NCBI GenBank assembly: GCA_966248215.1
Contig: CBIMYT010000007.1
Location: forward strand, 26,167-90,166
Source of the DNA: an uncultured Methylophilus sp.
Lineage (GTDB): Bacteria; Pseudomonadota; Gammaproteobacteria; Burkholderiales; Methylophilaceae
Direction: 5' to 3'
DNA length: 64,000 nucleotides
Numbering within the stretch: position 1 is the stretch's first letter; every line of letters begins with the position of its first letter. Position numbers and translations under genes: made by a program. Of the stretch, positions 1 to 10,277 are shown piece after piece. Below the pieces are notes generated by a model, which searched no databases, was not told the DNA's origin, and was given only the letters and a program-made list of their open reading frames with translations.

Positions 1-554
1 CTTCGGCACCGGTTGAGAATGCGAATGCCAAAGTTGCGACGGAAACTGTACCGGCACCGGCAAACATTGTTGAAACTGAGGTAAAGGTCTCCTCCAGGCC
101 AGCAGTTGAGGCAGAAGCTGTGGCGGATGTTGCGGACAAAGTGGCGGAAGCAAGCTCCGAGAAGCCGGCCCGCAGCCGCTCACGCACCGCCGGGAAAGCT
201 ACAGCTAAAACTCGCAGCAAACGCACCGAAGAAGCCAAGACAGCCGAATCCGGCATCGAACTGGTGGAAACATCCTCTGCCGGCAAGGTAGCGGATACAG
301 CGGAAGCCGTGACGGAAAAAACTGACGCTGCACCCAAAAAACCGGCACGCAAACGCAGAGCAGCTACGAAACCTGCAGCTGAGGCAGCCACTGATACCGG
401 CATTCAACTGGTGGAAACCAGTTCCGCTGTCAGCGCACCTGCCACTGACGCAGCTCCGAAATCCAGAAAGCCGCGCACGGCTGCCAAATGGAAAAAAGAT
501 GAAGCTGCTGCCGGAGACGAAGCGCAAATGGTGATGGTAGAAACACAGAAATAA
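1..554 (+). CDS. rne: Ribonuclease E, C-terminal non-catalytic tail (partial, ORF enters from left edge in frame with pos 3)
   Basis: No stop codon from pos 3 to 554. The product is an Ala/Lys/Pro/Glu/Thr-rich low-complexity tail with GI(E/Q)LVETSS present twice and a terminal MVMVETQK, as in proteobacterial RNase E scaffold tails. Two hairpins follow. The call rests on remembered resemblance only. Confidence 0.55.
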   Translation, partial: SAPVENANAKVATETVPAPANIVETEVKVSSRPAVEAEAVADVADKVAEASSEKPARSRSRTAGKATAKTRSKRTEEAKTAESGIELVETSSAGKVADTAEAVTEKTDAAPKKPARKRRAATKPAAEAATDTGIQLVETSSAVSAPATDAAPKSRKPRTAAKWKKDEAAAGDEAQMVMVETQK

Positions 555-610
555 GCTGCGTCACATAATCCCTGGCTTTGGTTATATATAATTGAAGCCA
601 GGACTCAAAA

Positions 611-636
611 AGAGAGCCGGATGGCTCTCTTTTTTT
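611..636. terminator. Rho-independent terminator between convergent rne and crcB
   Basis: Stem AGAGAGCC(611-618)/GGCTCTCT(623-630), loop GGAT, then a T6 run at 631-636. It is preceded by a second hairpin, CCTGGCTT(571-578)/AAGCCAGG(595-602). Confidence 0.6.
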
Positions 637-647
637 GTTTGGCTAAC

Positions 648-1019
648 TTACTGCAAGCGCATCACACACCAATAACCTGCCACAGTCAGCGCAATCGACA
701 CCACGACATGGCTGGCTATATACAATCCGGCCCAGCCGTAATCCTGCTTTTGCAGCAATGCAAAAGCTTCTGCCGAAAAAGTGGAGAATGTAGTCAGCCC
801 GCCCAGAAAACCGGTTGTTATCAGTAAACGCCATTCAGGCGACAGGCTGGGGACGCTTTGCAACACGCCCAATGCAACCCCCATCAGCAAACCACCCATC
901 GCATTTGCCAGAAACGTCCCCATCGGAATAGTACCTATGCCATTCAGGCTGACAGATAATCCCCATCTGACCCACGCACCAATACTCGCACCCAAGGCAA
1001 CTGCTAGCCAAGACTTCAT
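648..1019 (-). CDS. crcB: Fluoride ion channel CrcB/FluC
   Basis: 123-aa four-TM protein with the GxxGGLxTFSTF-type motif (GFLGGLTTFSTFS) typical of the CrcB family. Confidence 0.9.
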   Translation of the reverse strand: MKSWLAVALGASIGAWVRWGLSVSLNGIGTIPMGTFLANAMGGLLMGVALGVLQSVPSLSPEWRLLITTGFLGGLTTFSTFSAEAFALLQKQDYGWAGLYIASHVVVSIALTVAGYWCVMRLQ

Positions 1020-1112
1020 TATATTTTCCCTTCTAAAACCTCAGCAGGCAATGTATCATAATTTGGCAGCCGCACCGCCAGCTCCCTTGTCTGTTGATTT
1101 AAAGAGATTCCC

Positions 1113-2567
1113 TTGCGTTTATTATTTGCGACTTCAGAAGTTTTCCCACTGATCAAAACCGGAGGCCTGGCAGATGTCAGTGGCGCATTGCCAACTGCAT
1201 TGTTTGCGACCGGCCAGGATGTCCGCATCGTGTTACCTGCCTACCGTGGCATTCTGGAGAAATGCCAGTCGCCGCGCTTGCTTGGCTCGTTGCAGGCATT
1301 TGCAGACATCCGCTGCGACATTTACCAAACCGTGTTGCCCGGTACCCATATTCCGCTGCTATTGATTGATTATCCCCCTCTGTATGACAGAGATGGCGGT
1401 CCTTACCAGCATCCCCGATACGGCGACTGGGAAGATAACCCTTTGCGCTTTGGCCTGCTGTCCAAAGTCACGGCCCTGCTGGCTGCGCCTAATATGCTGC
1501 AGGACTGGCAACCGGAAGTCGTACATTGCAATGACTGGCAGACCGGCCTGGCACCTTACTATTTGCGCCAAATGGGCAGCATGGCCAAATCGGTTTTCAG
1601 CATCCACAACCTGGCATTCCAGGGCAACTTCCATTCCGACTGGCGTCATAGACTCACCTTGGATGAACAGGATTTCAAGCCGGAAGGCTATGAATTCTAC
1701 AGTCATGTATCATTTATGAAAGCCGGCCTGTATTTTGCCGATGCCTTGTGCACGGTCAGTCCGACCTACGCCAGAGAAATCCAGACTGATCAGTTCGGAT
1801 TCGGCTTTCAAGGCTTGTTGCAGCACCGTTCGATGGATTTAACCGGTATTTTGAATGGCATAGATACCCAGGTCTGGAATCCGGCCACTGACAGCTATTT
1901 GCCTGTGCACTATCACATCGATAAACTGGCTGCCAAGAAAGAGGTCAAACATGCCTTGCAAACTGAACTGGGGCTGAATCAGGACGCGCACGCTCCCTTG
2001 CTGGGCGTTGTCAGCCGGCTCACCTATCAGAAAGGCCTGGACATGCTGGGCGCCATTGCCCATGAATTGCTGGAGCATGGCTGTCAGCTGGCAGTGCTTG
2101 GCAGTGGCGAACAGGCACTGGAGCAGCAGTTCCAGGCACTGATGCAGCGCTATCCGGGGCAGGTTTCTGTCACCATCGGCTATCACGAGCCACTTTCACA
2201 CCGCATCATGGCAGGCGCAGATATTTTTGTAATGCCATCGCGCTTTGAACCATGCGGTCTGAACCAGTTGTATGGTTTACGCTACGGTACCATTCCGGTA
2301 GTCGCCAATACCGGCGGACTGGCAGACTCTATCCAGGGTGGCGAAGTTGCGCCAGACGGCACGCTACCAGCAACCATGACGGGCTTCATCATGCCGCAAC
2401 ACAACCCATGGACACTTTTGGTCACCTTGCGGCAGGCGCTGACTACATTTGCCAATGCCGGGCAATGGCAACAATTGCAAAAACAGGCCATGCGACAGGA
2501 TGTCAGCTGGGAAACCCAGGCGAAGCGTTATATGGACCTGTATCAACAGGTGTCACAGGCCAGATAA
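1113..2567 (+). CDS. glgA: Glycogen synthase (ADP-glucose type)
   Basis: N-terminus MRLLFATSEVFPLIKTGGLADV carries the KTGGL motif. Length is 484 aa and a C-terminal GT1 motif is present (EPCGLNQLYGLRYGT). TTG start with a weak AAGAGA upstream. Confidence 0.9.
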   Translation: MRLLFATSEVFPLIKTGGLADVSGALPTALFATGQDVRIVLPAYRGILEKCQSPRLLGSLQAFADIRCDIYQTVLPGTHIPLLLIDYPPLYDRDGGPYQHPRYGDWEDNPLRFGLLSKVTALLAAPNMLQDWQPEVVHCNDWQTGLAPYYLRQMGSMAKSVFSIHNLAFQGNFHSDWRHRLTLDEQDFKPEGYEFYSHVSFMKAGLYFADALCTVSPTYAREIQTDQFGFGFQGLLQHRSMDLTGILNGIDTQVWNPATDSYLPVHYHIDKLAAKKEVKHALQTELGLNQDAHAPLLGVVSRLTYQKGLDMLGAIAHELLEHGCQLAVLGSGEQALEQQFQALMQRYPGQVSVTIGYHEPLSHRIMAGADIFVMPSRFEPCGLNQLYGLRYGTIPVVANTGGLADSIQGGEVAPDGTLPATMTGFIMPQHNPWTLLVTLRQALTTFANAGQWQQLQKQAMRQDVSWETQAKRYMDLYQQVSQAR

Positions 2568-2640
2568 ACGGTCTGAAAAAGTTGGCATGGAAGATGCTTT
2601 TAATGAAACGAGCTTCTCCAAAGCTAACTTCTCCTCCTTA

Positions 2641-2667
2641 AGACGCCTGTGCAGGCGTCTTTTTTTA
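2641..2667. terminator. Bidirectional hairpin terminator between convergent glgA and orn
   Basis: AGACGCCTG(2641-2649)/CAGGCGTCT(2652-2660) followed by a T7 run at 2661-2667. Confidence 0.6.
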
Positions 2668-2675
2668 TGTGTATT

Positions 2676-3269
2676 TTATTCTGCGTTGTTCACGGGAGCC
2701 ATGATCAGGAAGTGATCACGGTAATACTTCAGCTCATCAATAGACTCATAAATATCTGCCAGCGCTTCATGACGGCTGGCTTTCTTGAAACCTGCATAAA
2801 TATCCGGCCGCCAGCGACGGGACAGCTCCTTAAAGACGCTGACATCAAGGTTACGGTAATGAAAAAACTGTTCCAGGCGTGGCATGTAGCGTGCCATAAA
2901 ACGTCTGTCCTGACAGATCGAATTTCCACACATGGGTGATTTGCCGGCGGTCACATGTTCCTTGAGAAAGGCCAGCATGGTGTCGGTGGCTGCTTCCTCG
3001 TCCAGCGTGGACGCCTTCACCTTCTCAATCAGACCACTACGACCATGCGTCCCCTTGTTCCACGCGTCCATGCCATCCAGCACGGCATCAGACTGATGCA
3101 CCACCAGCACCGGCGACTCTGCGATCACATTCAGCTGAGCATCTGTCACCACCGCAGCCAATTCAAGAATACGATCGGTATCCGGCTGCAAGCCACTCAT
3201 TTCCATATCCAGCCAGATTAAATTGTCCTGATTAGTTGCCAATTGCGCACCTCTTGTCATGATTTCCAT
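2676..3269 (-). CDS. orn: Oligoribonuclease
   Basis: DEDDh exonuclease motifs: [11 protein letters not shown], and H in the FHYRNLDVS context. 197 aa. The C-terminal region resembles Orn. Confidence 0.9.
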   Translation of the reverse strand: MEIMTRGAQLATNQDNLIWLDMEMSGLQPDTDRILELAAVVTDAQLNVIAESPVLVVHQSDAVLDGMDAWNKGTHGRSGLIEKVKASTLDEEAATDTMLAFLKEHVTAGKSPMCGNSICQDRRFMARYMPRLEQFFHYRNLDVSVFKELSRRWRPDIYAGFKKASRHEALADIYESIDELKYYRDHFLIMAPVNNAE

Positions 3270-3353
3270 TAAAATAAAACATTATATTCAGTTCAGTGAA
3301 CAAGGTGGATATAAATCCATCAAAATAGCTACCCAATAATTACATTAAATCCA

Positions 3354-4610
3354 GTGACCGTTATGTCTGAACTCTTTACCCAAATTTTCGTGGCTGTCAT
3401 TGTCATCAGCCTCGCAGTTCGCTTCTGGCTGGGACTGCGCCATATCCGCCATATTCAGCAAAATCGCGCACAAGTGCCTCCTGCATTCAACCAGACCATC
3501 AGTCTGGAAGCGCATCAGCGTGCCGCTGATTACACGACAGCCAAAGTGAAATTGCGGCTGGCCGAAACCGGCATGGAAATGGTCGTGCTACTGGCCTTGA
3601 CGCTGGGTGGTATTTTGCAAGGCCTGGATCAATTGTGGCAGCAGTGGCTGCCCGGGCATGAAATTATCCGCGGCGCACTGGTCATTTGCTCCGCCCTACT
3701 GATTTCCAGTGCCATGACCCTGCCTTTCGAATATATCCAGACTTTCAATATCGATGAGAAATTTGGCTTTAACAAGATGTCGCGCTCCATGTTTTTCAGT
3801 GACCTGGTCAAACATACCATTGTCGGGCTGCTGCTGGGCGGCCCCATTCTATTCGCCGCTTTATGGCTGATGCAAGGCGCTGGCGACTGGTGGTGGCTGT
3901 ACCTGTGGCTGATCTGGAGCGCATTCAACCTGTTCATGCTGGCGGTCTATCCGATCTGGATTGCCCCTTTGTTTAACAAATTCACTCCCATGCAGGACCA
4001 GAGCCTGAAAGCACGTATCGAGGCGCTGTTACGCAAGTGCGGCTTTGCCAGCCAGGGATTGTTTGTGATGGATGGCTCCACGCGTTCAGGACACGGCAAC
4101 GCTTACTTTACCGGCTTTGGCAAAAACAAGCGCGTAGTGTTTTTTGACACCCTGCTTGAAAAACTCAATGCAGATGAGATTGAAGCCGTCCTCGCACACG
4201 AACTGGGGCATTTCAAGCATAAACATGTGATCAAGCGCATTATCATGATGTTCGGGCTCAGCCTGCTTGGCCTCGCATTACTTGGCTTCCTGGTCAAACA
4301 GGACTGGTTCTATCAAGGCCTGGGTGTGGCAGAAGCCAGCAACCATATGGCATTGCTGCTGTTTGTGCTTGTGAGCCCGGTATTCATGTTTATCTTGCGT
4401 CCATTGCTGGCCGCCTATTCCCGTATCAATGAATTTGAAGCGGATCATTATGCTTCCCAGCAATCCAGGCCACAGTTTCTGATTGATGCCCTGGTCAAGC
4501 TGTACCGCGACAATGCGTCCACATTGACGCCTGACCCGTTGCACTCGGCTTTTTATGACTCGCATCCGCCAGCCAGCTTGCGCATTGCGAAATTGCAAAC
4601 TTACGCATGA
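3354..4610 (+). CDS. M48 family zinc metallopeptidase (Ste24/HtpX-like, multi-TM)
   Basis: HELGHFKHKH (HExxH) zinc motif, several N-terminal TM helices, 418 aa. GTG at 3354; an alternative ATG lies at 3363. Confidence 0.8.
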   Translation: MTVMSELFTQIFVAVIVISLAVRFWLGLRHIRHIQQNRAQVPPAFNQTISLEAHQRAADYTTAKVKLRLAETGMEMVVLLALTLGGILQGLDQLWQQWLPGHEIIRGALVICSALLISSAMTLPFEYIQTFNIDEKFGFNKMSRSMFFSDLVKHTIVGLLLGGPILFAALWLMQGAGDWWWLYLWLIWSAFNLFMLAVYPIWIAPLFNKFTPMQDQSLKARIEALLRKCGFASQGLFVMDGSTRSGHGNAYFTGFGKNKRVVFFDTLLEKLNADEIEAVLAHELGHFKHKHVIKRIIMMFGLSLLGLALLGFLVKQDWFYQGLGVAEASNHMALLLFVLVSPVFMFILRPLLAAYSRINEFEADHYASQQSRPQFLIDALVKLYRDNASTLTPDPLHSAFYDSHPPASLRIAKLQTYA

Positions 4611-4903
4611 AAGTCTTTTTCACCCTCTTGTTATCCAGCGTGATAGTTAACGCGCAGGCGGCTGACAGCCCCGATCTGGCAGCCGGCAAGAAACTGGTTG
4701 AAGCACACTGCATCTCCTGCCACGCCAGCAGTTTTGGGGGCGATGGCAGCGGGATTTATACACGTGAATATCGCAAGGTACGCTCACTCTCCGGACTGAA
4801 AGTCCAGGTCACCAACTGCAGCACCATGCTCAATCTCAAGTGGTTTGATGACGAAGAGCAGCAAGCGGTACAGTATCTCAATCACACCTATTACCACTTT
4901 TAA
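4607..4903 (+). CDS. Small periplasmic c-type cytochrome-like protein
   Basis: Signal peptide MKVFFTLLLSSVIVNAQA plus a single CxxCH haem-binding motif (CISCHA). The start overlaps the stop of the M48 gene (ATGA). Confidence 0.6.
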   Translation: MKVFFTLLLSSVIVNAQAADSPDLAAGKKLVEAHCISCHASSFGGDGSGIYTREYRKVRSLSGLKVQVTNCSTMLNLKWFDDEEQQAVQYLNHTYYHF

Positions 4904-4904
4904 C

Positions 4905-5780
4905 ATGCTGCAAGAAGGATTGATTGTTGCTGCCTATGGCAAGCGTTATAACGTTGAACTGGCTGATGGCCGCATCCTCAGTTGCGTGACCAGGGGGAAA
5001 AAGGTCGATAACGCGGCAGGTGACCGCGTCATGGTGAAACTCACCTCGACCCAGGAAGGCGTGATCGAGAAAACGACAGAGCGTCACACTCTGCTCTACC
5101 GCAGCAATGCATATAAAAGCAAAATTCTTGCAGCCAATGTCACACAGATACTGATAGTACTGGCGACCCAGCCCAGTTTTTATGAAGACTTGCTGAATCG
5201 TTGCCTGGTCGCGGCAGAAGCCAGCGGCATACGTGCAGTGATTATCCTGAACAAATGCGACCTGCCCAATCCGCAGGCCATGCAAAAGCTGGCGGAATAC
5301 GCCTCGCTGGGCTACCTGACAGTGCAACTGAATGCCAAAGACTCGGTAGAAACATTACGTCCTATACTCACCGGGCATACCAGCATACTGGTCGGTCAGT
5401 CCGGCATGGGAAAATCCACCATCATTAATGGCCTTCTACCCGATGCACGCAGTAAAACCCAGGAAATCAGCACCACGCTGGACAGTGGCAAACACACCAC
5501 AACTGCGACACATTTATATCATCTGGATAGCAATAGTGCGATTATCGATTCGCCGGGCTTGCAGGAATTCGGCTTGTACCATATAGACACCATGGCGCTC
5601 GAATATGCCTTTGTAGAATTCCGGCCATTCATAGGCCACTGCAAATTCAACAACTGCACGCATACCCATGAACCAGGCTGTGTCATTCTGGACGCTGTAG
5701 CCAGCCATAAGATTGCCTCGCAGCGGCATCAGATTTTCCAGCAAATACGCTGCGAAAATGCGATACAGGTGTATGGCTGA
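4905..5780 (+). CDS. rsgA: Ribosome small-subunit-dependent GTPase A
   Basis: Circularly permuted GTPase motifs (NKCDL, GQSGMGKST), a C-terminal zinc cluster (CKFNNCTHTHEPGC) and an OB-fold-like N-terminus. Start trimmed from 4845 to the ATG at 4905, just after the stop of the upstream gene. Confidence 0.85.
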   Translation: MLQEGLIVAAYGKRYNVELADGRILSCVTRGKKVDNAAGDRVMVKLTSTQEGVIEKTTERHTLLYRSNAYKSKILAANVTQILIVLATQPSFYEDLLNRCLVAAEASGIRAVIILNKCDLPNPQAMQKLAEYASLGYLTVQLNAKDSVETLRPILTGHTSILVGQSGMGKSTIINGLLPDARSKTQEISTTLDSGKHTTTATHLYHLDSNSAIIDSPGLQEFGLYHIDTMALEYAFVEFRPFIGHCKFNNCTHTHEPGCVILDAVASHKIASQRHQIFQQIRCENAIQVYG

Positions 5781-5852
5781 TCTTTCTCGCCTGCAGATAT
5801 CCGTTTTCTGGGCCGGTGCATCCCGCGCTTAAATCTTCTTTATATCCACCAT

Positions 5853-5897
5853 AAAAAAACACCCCGAAGGCTGGCTATATGACCGACCTTCAGGGTG
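5853..5897 (-). terminator. Rho-independent terminator of the PepSY gene
   Basis: On the minus strand, an 11-bp stem (5887-5897 / 5860-5870, one G-U pair) is followed by a U7 run (complement of A7 at 5853-5859). Confidence 0.55.
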
Positions 5898-5957
5898 CAA
5901 TTCACTTCGTGGTGACTGTTATCGTGACCAGGTTTTCACAATAACAGCCCTGTCATA

Positions 5958-6485
5958 TTACTCCTGACCGATTTGGTAAACCTCGTAACTGGTTTCCACG
6001 ATCTTGCCTGTGGTCGCATCGACTTCCACTTTGATTTCTTCCTTATCGGCTTCCAGGATATCAAACTCGTAAGAAGCTTTGCCATCCGGCTCTAACTCAT
6101 ACTCTGTTTCCACCACTGTGCCTGGATGCGCAGCCAGTGCAGTCGCTTTTGCATCTTCTTCAGATACTTTAGCCAAAGCCTTGAATCTTTCATCATCTGC
6201 AGTGACCTCTTCTTCCACTTCAGTAATCTTGCTGGTTCTGGCATCACACTCGATATCCCAGGCCTTGCCATCTTTAGTTTCCACGTCAAACTCGTATACC
6301 AATTGCTTGCGCTCGGACTTGGCTTCAACCTTGACGATTTTGCCATCATGTTTGGACAAAACAGCTTTTACACACTTGCCCAGGCTATCGTAAGCTTTTG
6401 GTTTCAGTGTTTCGTGGTCAGCAAATGCCGGACCTGACAACAGACCGCAAACAGCTGCGGCGATAAGTGACATTTTTATTTGCAT
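5958..6485 (-). CDS. Periplasmic PepSY domain protein (two PepSY-like repeats)
   Basis: Signal peptide ending AFA, then two acidic repeats of the type KxxxxV(E/K)xExEx..YEFD. Family call from memory. Confidence 0.65.
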   Translation of the reverse strand: MQIKMSLIAAAVCGLLSGPAFADHETLKPKAYDSLGKCVKAVLSKHDGKIVKVEAKSERKQLVYEFDVETKDGKAWDIECDARTSKITEVEEEVTADDERFKALAKVSEEDAKATALAAHPGTVVETEYELEPDGKASYEFDILEADKEEIKVEVDATTGKIVETSYEVYQIGQE

Positions 6486-6658
6486 TATGATCTCCTTGTT
6501 TAAAGTTATGCGTGTTGAACATGATGCAAGTCAAGAGCCTGCATGTCTCAGTCATAACGCGCAGAAGGATATCAAAAATGTGATAGATTGTTGTAAATAT
6601 TACAACTGGTTAACAAGATGGCTGAAAAAAACCATTCCTGCAACTTTGACAGCCTGGT

Positions 6659-7453
6659 CTATACGGCGACTGGTGCCTTGATCGCAGGATGAGGGTCATA
6701 GTTCTCCAGCGTGAAATCTTCATATTTAAAGGCGAAAATATCTTTCACATCCGGATTAATACGCATGACAGGTAATGCGCGGGGCGCGCGTGACAACTGC
6801 TCCTTAACCTGATCCATATGGTTGCTATAGATATGGGCATCACCCAAAGTATGCACGAAGTCTCCGAGTTGCAAGTCGCAGACCTGCGCCACCATCATGG
6901 TCAGCAGCGCATAGGACGCAATATTGAATGGCACGCCGAGGAAAATATCGGCACTGCGCTGGTACAGCTGGCAGGAAAGCTTGCCATCCGCCACATAGAA
7001 CTGAAAAAAAGCATGGCAAGGTGGCAACTTCATCTGATCCACATCGGCCACATTCCAGGCAGACACAATCAATCGACGTGAATCCGGCGTATTCTTGATC
7101 TGGTTAATCACCTGTGTCATCTGGTCAATATGCGACCCATCCGGCTTAGGCCAGTTGCGCCATTGATAACCATATACCGGTCCCAGATTGCCTTCCGCAT
7201 CCGCCCACTCATCCCAGATACTGACGCCATTTTCCTTCAGGTAGGCAATATTGGTGCTGCCTTGCAGGAACCACAGCAGTTCGTGAATAATGGACTTTAA
7301 ATGCACCTTTTTGGTGGTCAGCAAAGGAAAACCTTCTGCCAGGTTAAAGCGCATCTGGTAACCGAATACCGAGAGCGTACCGGTACCGGTACGGTCGGTT
7401 TTCTGGTGCCCGTGTGCAAGCACATGATTAAGCAGATCGTGATACTGTTGCAT
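6659..7453 (-). CDS. thyA: Thymidylate synthase
   Basis: 264 aa with DRTGTGT, the LPPCH active-site cysteine motif ([11 protein letters not shown]) and the C-terminal [10 protein letters not shown]. Confidence 0.95.
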   Translation of the reverse strand: MQQYHDLLNHVLAHGHQKTDRTGTGTLSVFGYQMRFNLAEGFPLLTTKKVHLKSIIHELLWFLQGSTNIAYLKENGVSIWDEWADAEGNLGPVYGYQWRNWPKPDGSHIDQMTQVINQIKNTPDSRRLIVSAWNVADVDQMKLPPCHAFFQFYVADGKLSCQLYQRSADIFLGVPFNIASYALLTMMVAQVCDLQLGDFVHTLGDAHIYSNHMDQVKEQLSRAPRALPVMRINPDVKDIFAFKYEDFTLENYDPHPAIKAPVAV

Positions 7454-7473
7454 ACGCGGGCTCCCTGATGATA

Positions 7474-8907
7474 TTAAGTATTAGCAACAATAAAGGCCTT
7501 GATGGCATCGACACTGACATCCATCACAGTGGATTTCTGCGGCAGATCTTCCAGGCCATCCAGGCTGGCCGGACGTTCCGGTCTCTCACCCAGTGCCTCG
7601 ACAATCGCATCTTCAAACTTGGCAGGTAAGGCAGTTTCCAGCACCAGCATCGGCACTTGCGGATTGCGTTTTTCCAAAGCCACTTTCAGGCCATCGGCAG
7701 TATGCGTATCAATCGTCACCCCATATTTCTCTTTAGTGGCACGTATGGTCTGCAAACGGTTGGCATGATTGCTGCTGCCGGACACAAAACCAAAACTGCC
7801 CACCTTGCTGAAGTCACCGCTGGCGTTCAGGTCAAACTTGCCGCCCTTATCCACTGCAGACCATAGCTCGCGTACTTTGGCACTATCCTGTCCGACCAGG
7901 TCGTAGACAAAACGCTCAAAGTTGGAAGCCTTGCTGATATCCATGGAAGGACTGGAGGTATGATAAGTATTGGCCGAACCGCGCGGTGCATAGACACCGG
8001 TTTTGAAAAACTCGTCCAGCACATCGTTTTCATTGGTCGCCACAATCAGCTGATCCACCGGCAAACCCATCATGCGTGCAATATGTCCGGCACAGATATT
8101 GCCGAAATTGCCGCTAGGCACGCTGAAACTGACTTTCTGGCTGTTATTGCTGGTGACTGCCAGATAGCCTTTAAAGTAATACACAATCTGCGCCGCAATC
8201 CGGCCCCAGTTGATGGAGTTCACGGCACCGATTTTGTACTGTGCCTTGAAAGCATGATCATTGGACACGGCTTTCACCATATCCTGCGCATCATCAAACA
8301 CGCCTTTCACGGCGATATTAAAGATGTTGTCATCTTGCAGGCTGAACATCTGCGCCGTCTGGAAACGGCTCATTTTCTGGTATGGCGACAACATGAATAC
8401 ACGCACGCCTTTTTTGCCGCGCATGGCGTATTCTGCCGCAGAGCCGGTATCGCCGGAAGTCGCGCCCAGGATATTGGTGGTCTGGCCGGTTTTTGCCAGC
8501 ACATATTCAAACAGGTTGCCCAGCAACTGCATCGCCATATCTTTAAAGGCCAGCGTTGGGCCATTGGACAGACTCAGCAAATACAGATTATCTTCCAGCT
8601 TGAGCGTAGGCGTAATGTCCTCAGCACTCTGGCCTGGACGGGCATACTGATACACTTCGGCACGGTAGGTCTTGTCGATAATCGCCTTGAAATCGCTATG
8701 CGGAATATCGCTGTTATCCACCAGGCGGGACAAAATCGCAAATGCCAGCTCGCGGTAATTCATACTGCGCATGGCGGTCAAATCGGCATCGCTGAATTGC
8801 GGATATTGCTCAGGCAAATACAAACCGCCATCCGGCGCCAGGCCGCCCAGCAGAATTTCACTAAAACTCAAGGCAGGCGATTGCCCGCGGGTACTGATAT
8901 ATTTCAT
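7474..8907 (-). CDS. thrC: Threonine synthase (long form)
   Basis: MKYISTRG start, the PLP-lysine context (PTLAFKD) and 477 aa. Located downstream of hom. Confidence 0.93.
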   Translation of the reverse strand: MKYISTRGQSPALSFSEILLGGLAPDGGLYLPEQYPQFSDADLTAMRSMNYRELAFAILSRLVDNSDIPHSDFKAIIDKTYRAEVYQYARPGQSAEDITPTLKLEDNLYLLSLSNGPTLAFKDMAMQLLGNLFEYVLAKTGQTTNILGATSGDTGSAAEYAMRGKKGVRVFMLSPYQKMSRFQTAQMFSLQDDNIFNIAVKGVFDDAQDMVKAVSNDHAFKAQYKIGAVNSINWGRIAAQIVYYFKGYLAVTSNNSQKVSFSVPSGNFGNICAGHIARMMGLPVDQLIVATNENDVLDEFFKTGVYAPRGSANTYHTSSPSMDISKASNFERFVYDLVGQDSAKVRELWSAVDKGGKFDLNASGDFSKVGSFGFVSGSSNHANRLQTIRATKEKYGVTIDTHTADGLKVALEKRNPQVPMLVLETALPAKFEDAIVEALGERPERPASLDGLEDLPQKSTVMDVSVDAIKAFIVANT

Positions 8908-8922
8908 GACGTGTTAACCTAA

Positions 8923-10248
8923 TTAGCGGGACAGTGTTTCCATGCGGATTTTAATCGCAGTGCCGGTAATGGCAGGCAGTGCTTCAATACGGGCAATCGC
9001 CGCATCCATGATTTTTTCCTGCGTACCATGCGTCAGGATGACAATATCGGCTTCAACCTCACCCTCTTGCGGCTCTTTCTGCAACATGGCGTCAATCGAA
9101 ATCTGTTGGTCAGCCAGTATCTTGGTGATATCTGCCATCACCCCCGGCTTGTCAGAAGCGTGCAAGCGCAGGTAATAAGCGGATTGCACTTCGGCAATTG
9201 GCAGGACTGGCAGCGCTTGCTGCTGGTCGAGCTGATAGCCCAGGTAAGCCACACGCTGCTCGGCAGTCGTGCCTTGCAGACGCGCGATATCAACCAGATC
9301 TGCCACCACGGCACTGGCGGTCGGCTCAGCACCGGCACCGGCACCGTAGTACAAGGTCGGTCCGACGGCATCGCCCTTCACCACCACCGCATTCATGGCG
9401 CCATCAACATTGGCAATCAGCCGTTTTTCCGGAATCAGGGTAGGATGCACACGCAATTCCACACCTGCCGCTGTTTTCTTGCTGATACCCAGCAACTTGA
9501 TACGGTAGCCCAGCTCTTCAGCGTACCGGATATCCTTGGTTGTCAGCTGGGTAATCCCTTCGGTGTAGGCTTGCTCGAACTGCACCGGCATGCCGAAAGC
9601 AATGCTGGCCATAATGGTCAGCTTGTGTGCGGCATCAATGCCTTCCACGTCAAATGTAGGATCGGCTTCGGCATAGCCCAGGCGCTGCGCTTCTTTCAGC
9701 ACATCGGCAAACGCCAGGCCTTTGTCACGCATTTCGGTCAGGATAAAGTTGGTGGTGCCGTTGATAATGCCGGCTACCCATTCAATCCTGTTGGCGCTCA
9801 GACCTTCACGCAAGGCCTTGATAATAGGAATGCCGCCGGCTACAGCCGCTTCAAACGCCACAATCACACCCTTTTCGGCGGCGGCCTTGAAAATTTCGTT
9901 ACCATGCACGGCCAGCAACGCCTTATTCGCTGTCACCACATGCTTGCCATTGGCAATCGCTGTTAATACCAGCTCTTTGGCAACGGTGTAGCCGCCTATC
10001 AGTTCAACCACCACATCAATGTCAGGGTTATTCACCACGGCAAATGCATCATCTGTCACTGCCACCTGACCACCGGTGACCTGTCTGGCCAGTTCCAGAT
10101 TGCGGTCTGCCACCTGCACAATATGAATTTTGCCGCCAATGCGGCGCGCAATATCAGCCTGGTTACGGCTGACAACGGTGTATGTACCGCCCCCAACAGT
10201 GCCTATGCCTAACAACCCTACTTTTAATTCTTTCATACTTATACTCAC
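8923..10248 (-). CDS. hom: Homoserine dehydrogenase with C-terminal ACT domain
   Basis: N-terminal Rossmann motif GLLGIGTVGGG, a conserved central domain and an ACT-like tail. The start may instead be the internal MKELKVG four codons downstream. Confidence 0.93.
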   Translation of the reverse strand: MSISMKELKVGLLGIGTVGGGTYTVVSRNQADIARRIGGKIHIVQVADRNLELARQVTGGQVAVTDDAFAVVNNPDIDVVVELIGGYTVAKELVLTAIANGKHVVTANKALLAVHGNEIFKAAAEKGVIVAFEAAVAGGIPIIKALREGLSANRIEWVAGIINGTTNFILTEMRDKGLAFADVLKEAQRLGYAEADPTFDVEGIDAAHKLTIMASIAFGMPVQFEQAYTEGITQLTTKDIRYAEELGYRIKLLGISKKTAAGVELRVHPTLIPEKRLIANVDGAMNAVVVKGDAVGPTLYYGAGAGAEPTASAVVADLVDIARLQGTTAEQRVAYLGYQLDQQQALPVLPIAEVQSAYYLRLHASDKPGVMADITKILADQQISIDAMLQKEPQEGEVEADIVILTHGTQEKIMDAAIARIEALPAITGTAIKIRMETLSR

Positions 10249-10277
10249 TATTGATGGCTTGCGTACACGCGCTCACC

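Noticed and set aside
106-527. ORFs 106-291 (+) and 180-527 (-) overlapping the rne tail.
   Set aside because: These are alternative frames of a repetitive, compositionally biased region. The frame ending in MVMVETQK is open from the window edge and has the expected RNase E tail character.
1020-1112. Possible fluoride riboswitch in the crcB leader (minus strand).
   Set aside because: The leader has GGCGGUGCGGCUGCC ... UUGCC-UGCUGAGG, which loosely follows the order of crcB-motif elements. It lacks the conserved GAUGG, AACCGCC and CUGAUGA cores and has no convincing P3 hairpin when folded by eye. A covariance-model search (Rfam RF01734) would decide, so I do not call it.
4845-4904. Extended N-terminus of rsgA overlapping the cytochrome c-like gene by 59 nt.
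   Set aside because: The extension (MMTKSSKRYSISITPITTFN) has no RsgA counterpart. The ATG at 4905 lies right after the upstream stop and begins the conserved OB-fold region.
7960-8922. 320-aa ORF on the plus strand, and similar long ORFs at 9028-9966, 10377-11114, 24870-25532, 25658-26329, 26660-27241, 33646-34536, 36036-36599 and 43856-44491.
   Set aside because: Each lies fully antisense to a gene with unmistakable conserved motifs (thrC, hom, alaA, kdsA, pyrG, trpS, ybiT, uvrB). Their translations are Arg/His/Gln-rich with no motifs. These are typical shadow ORFs.
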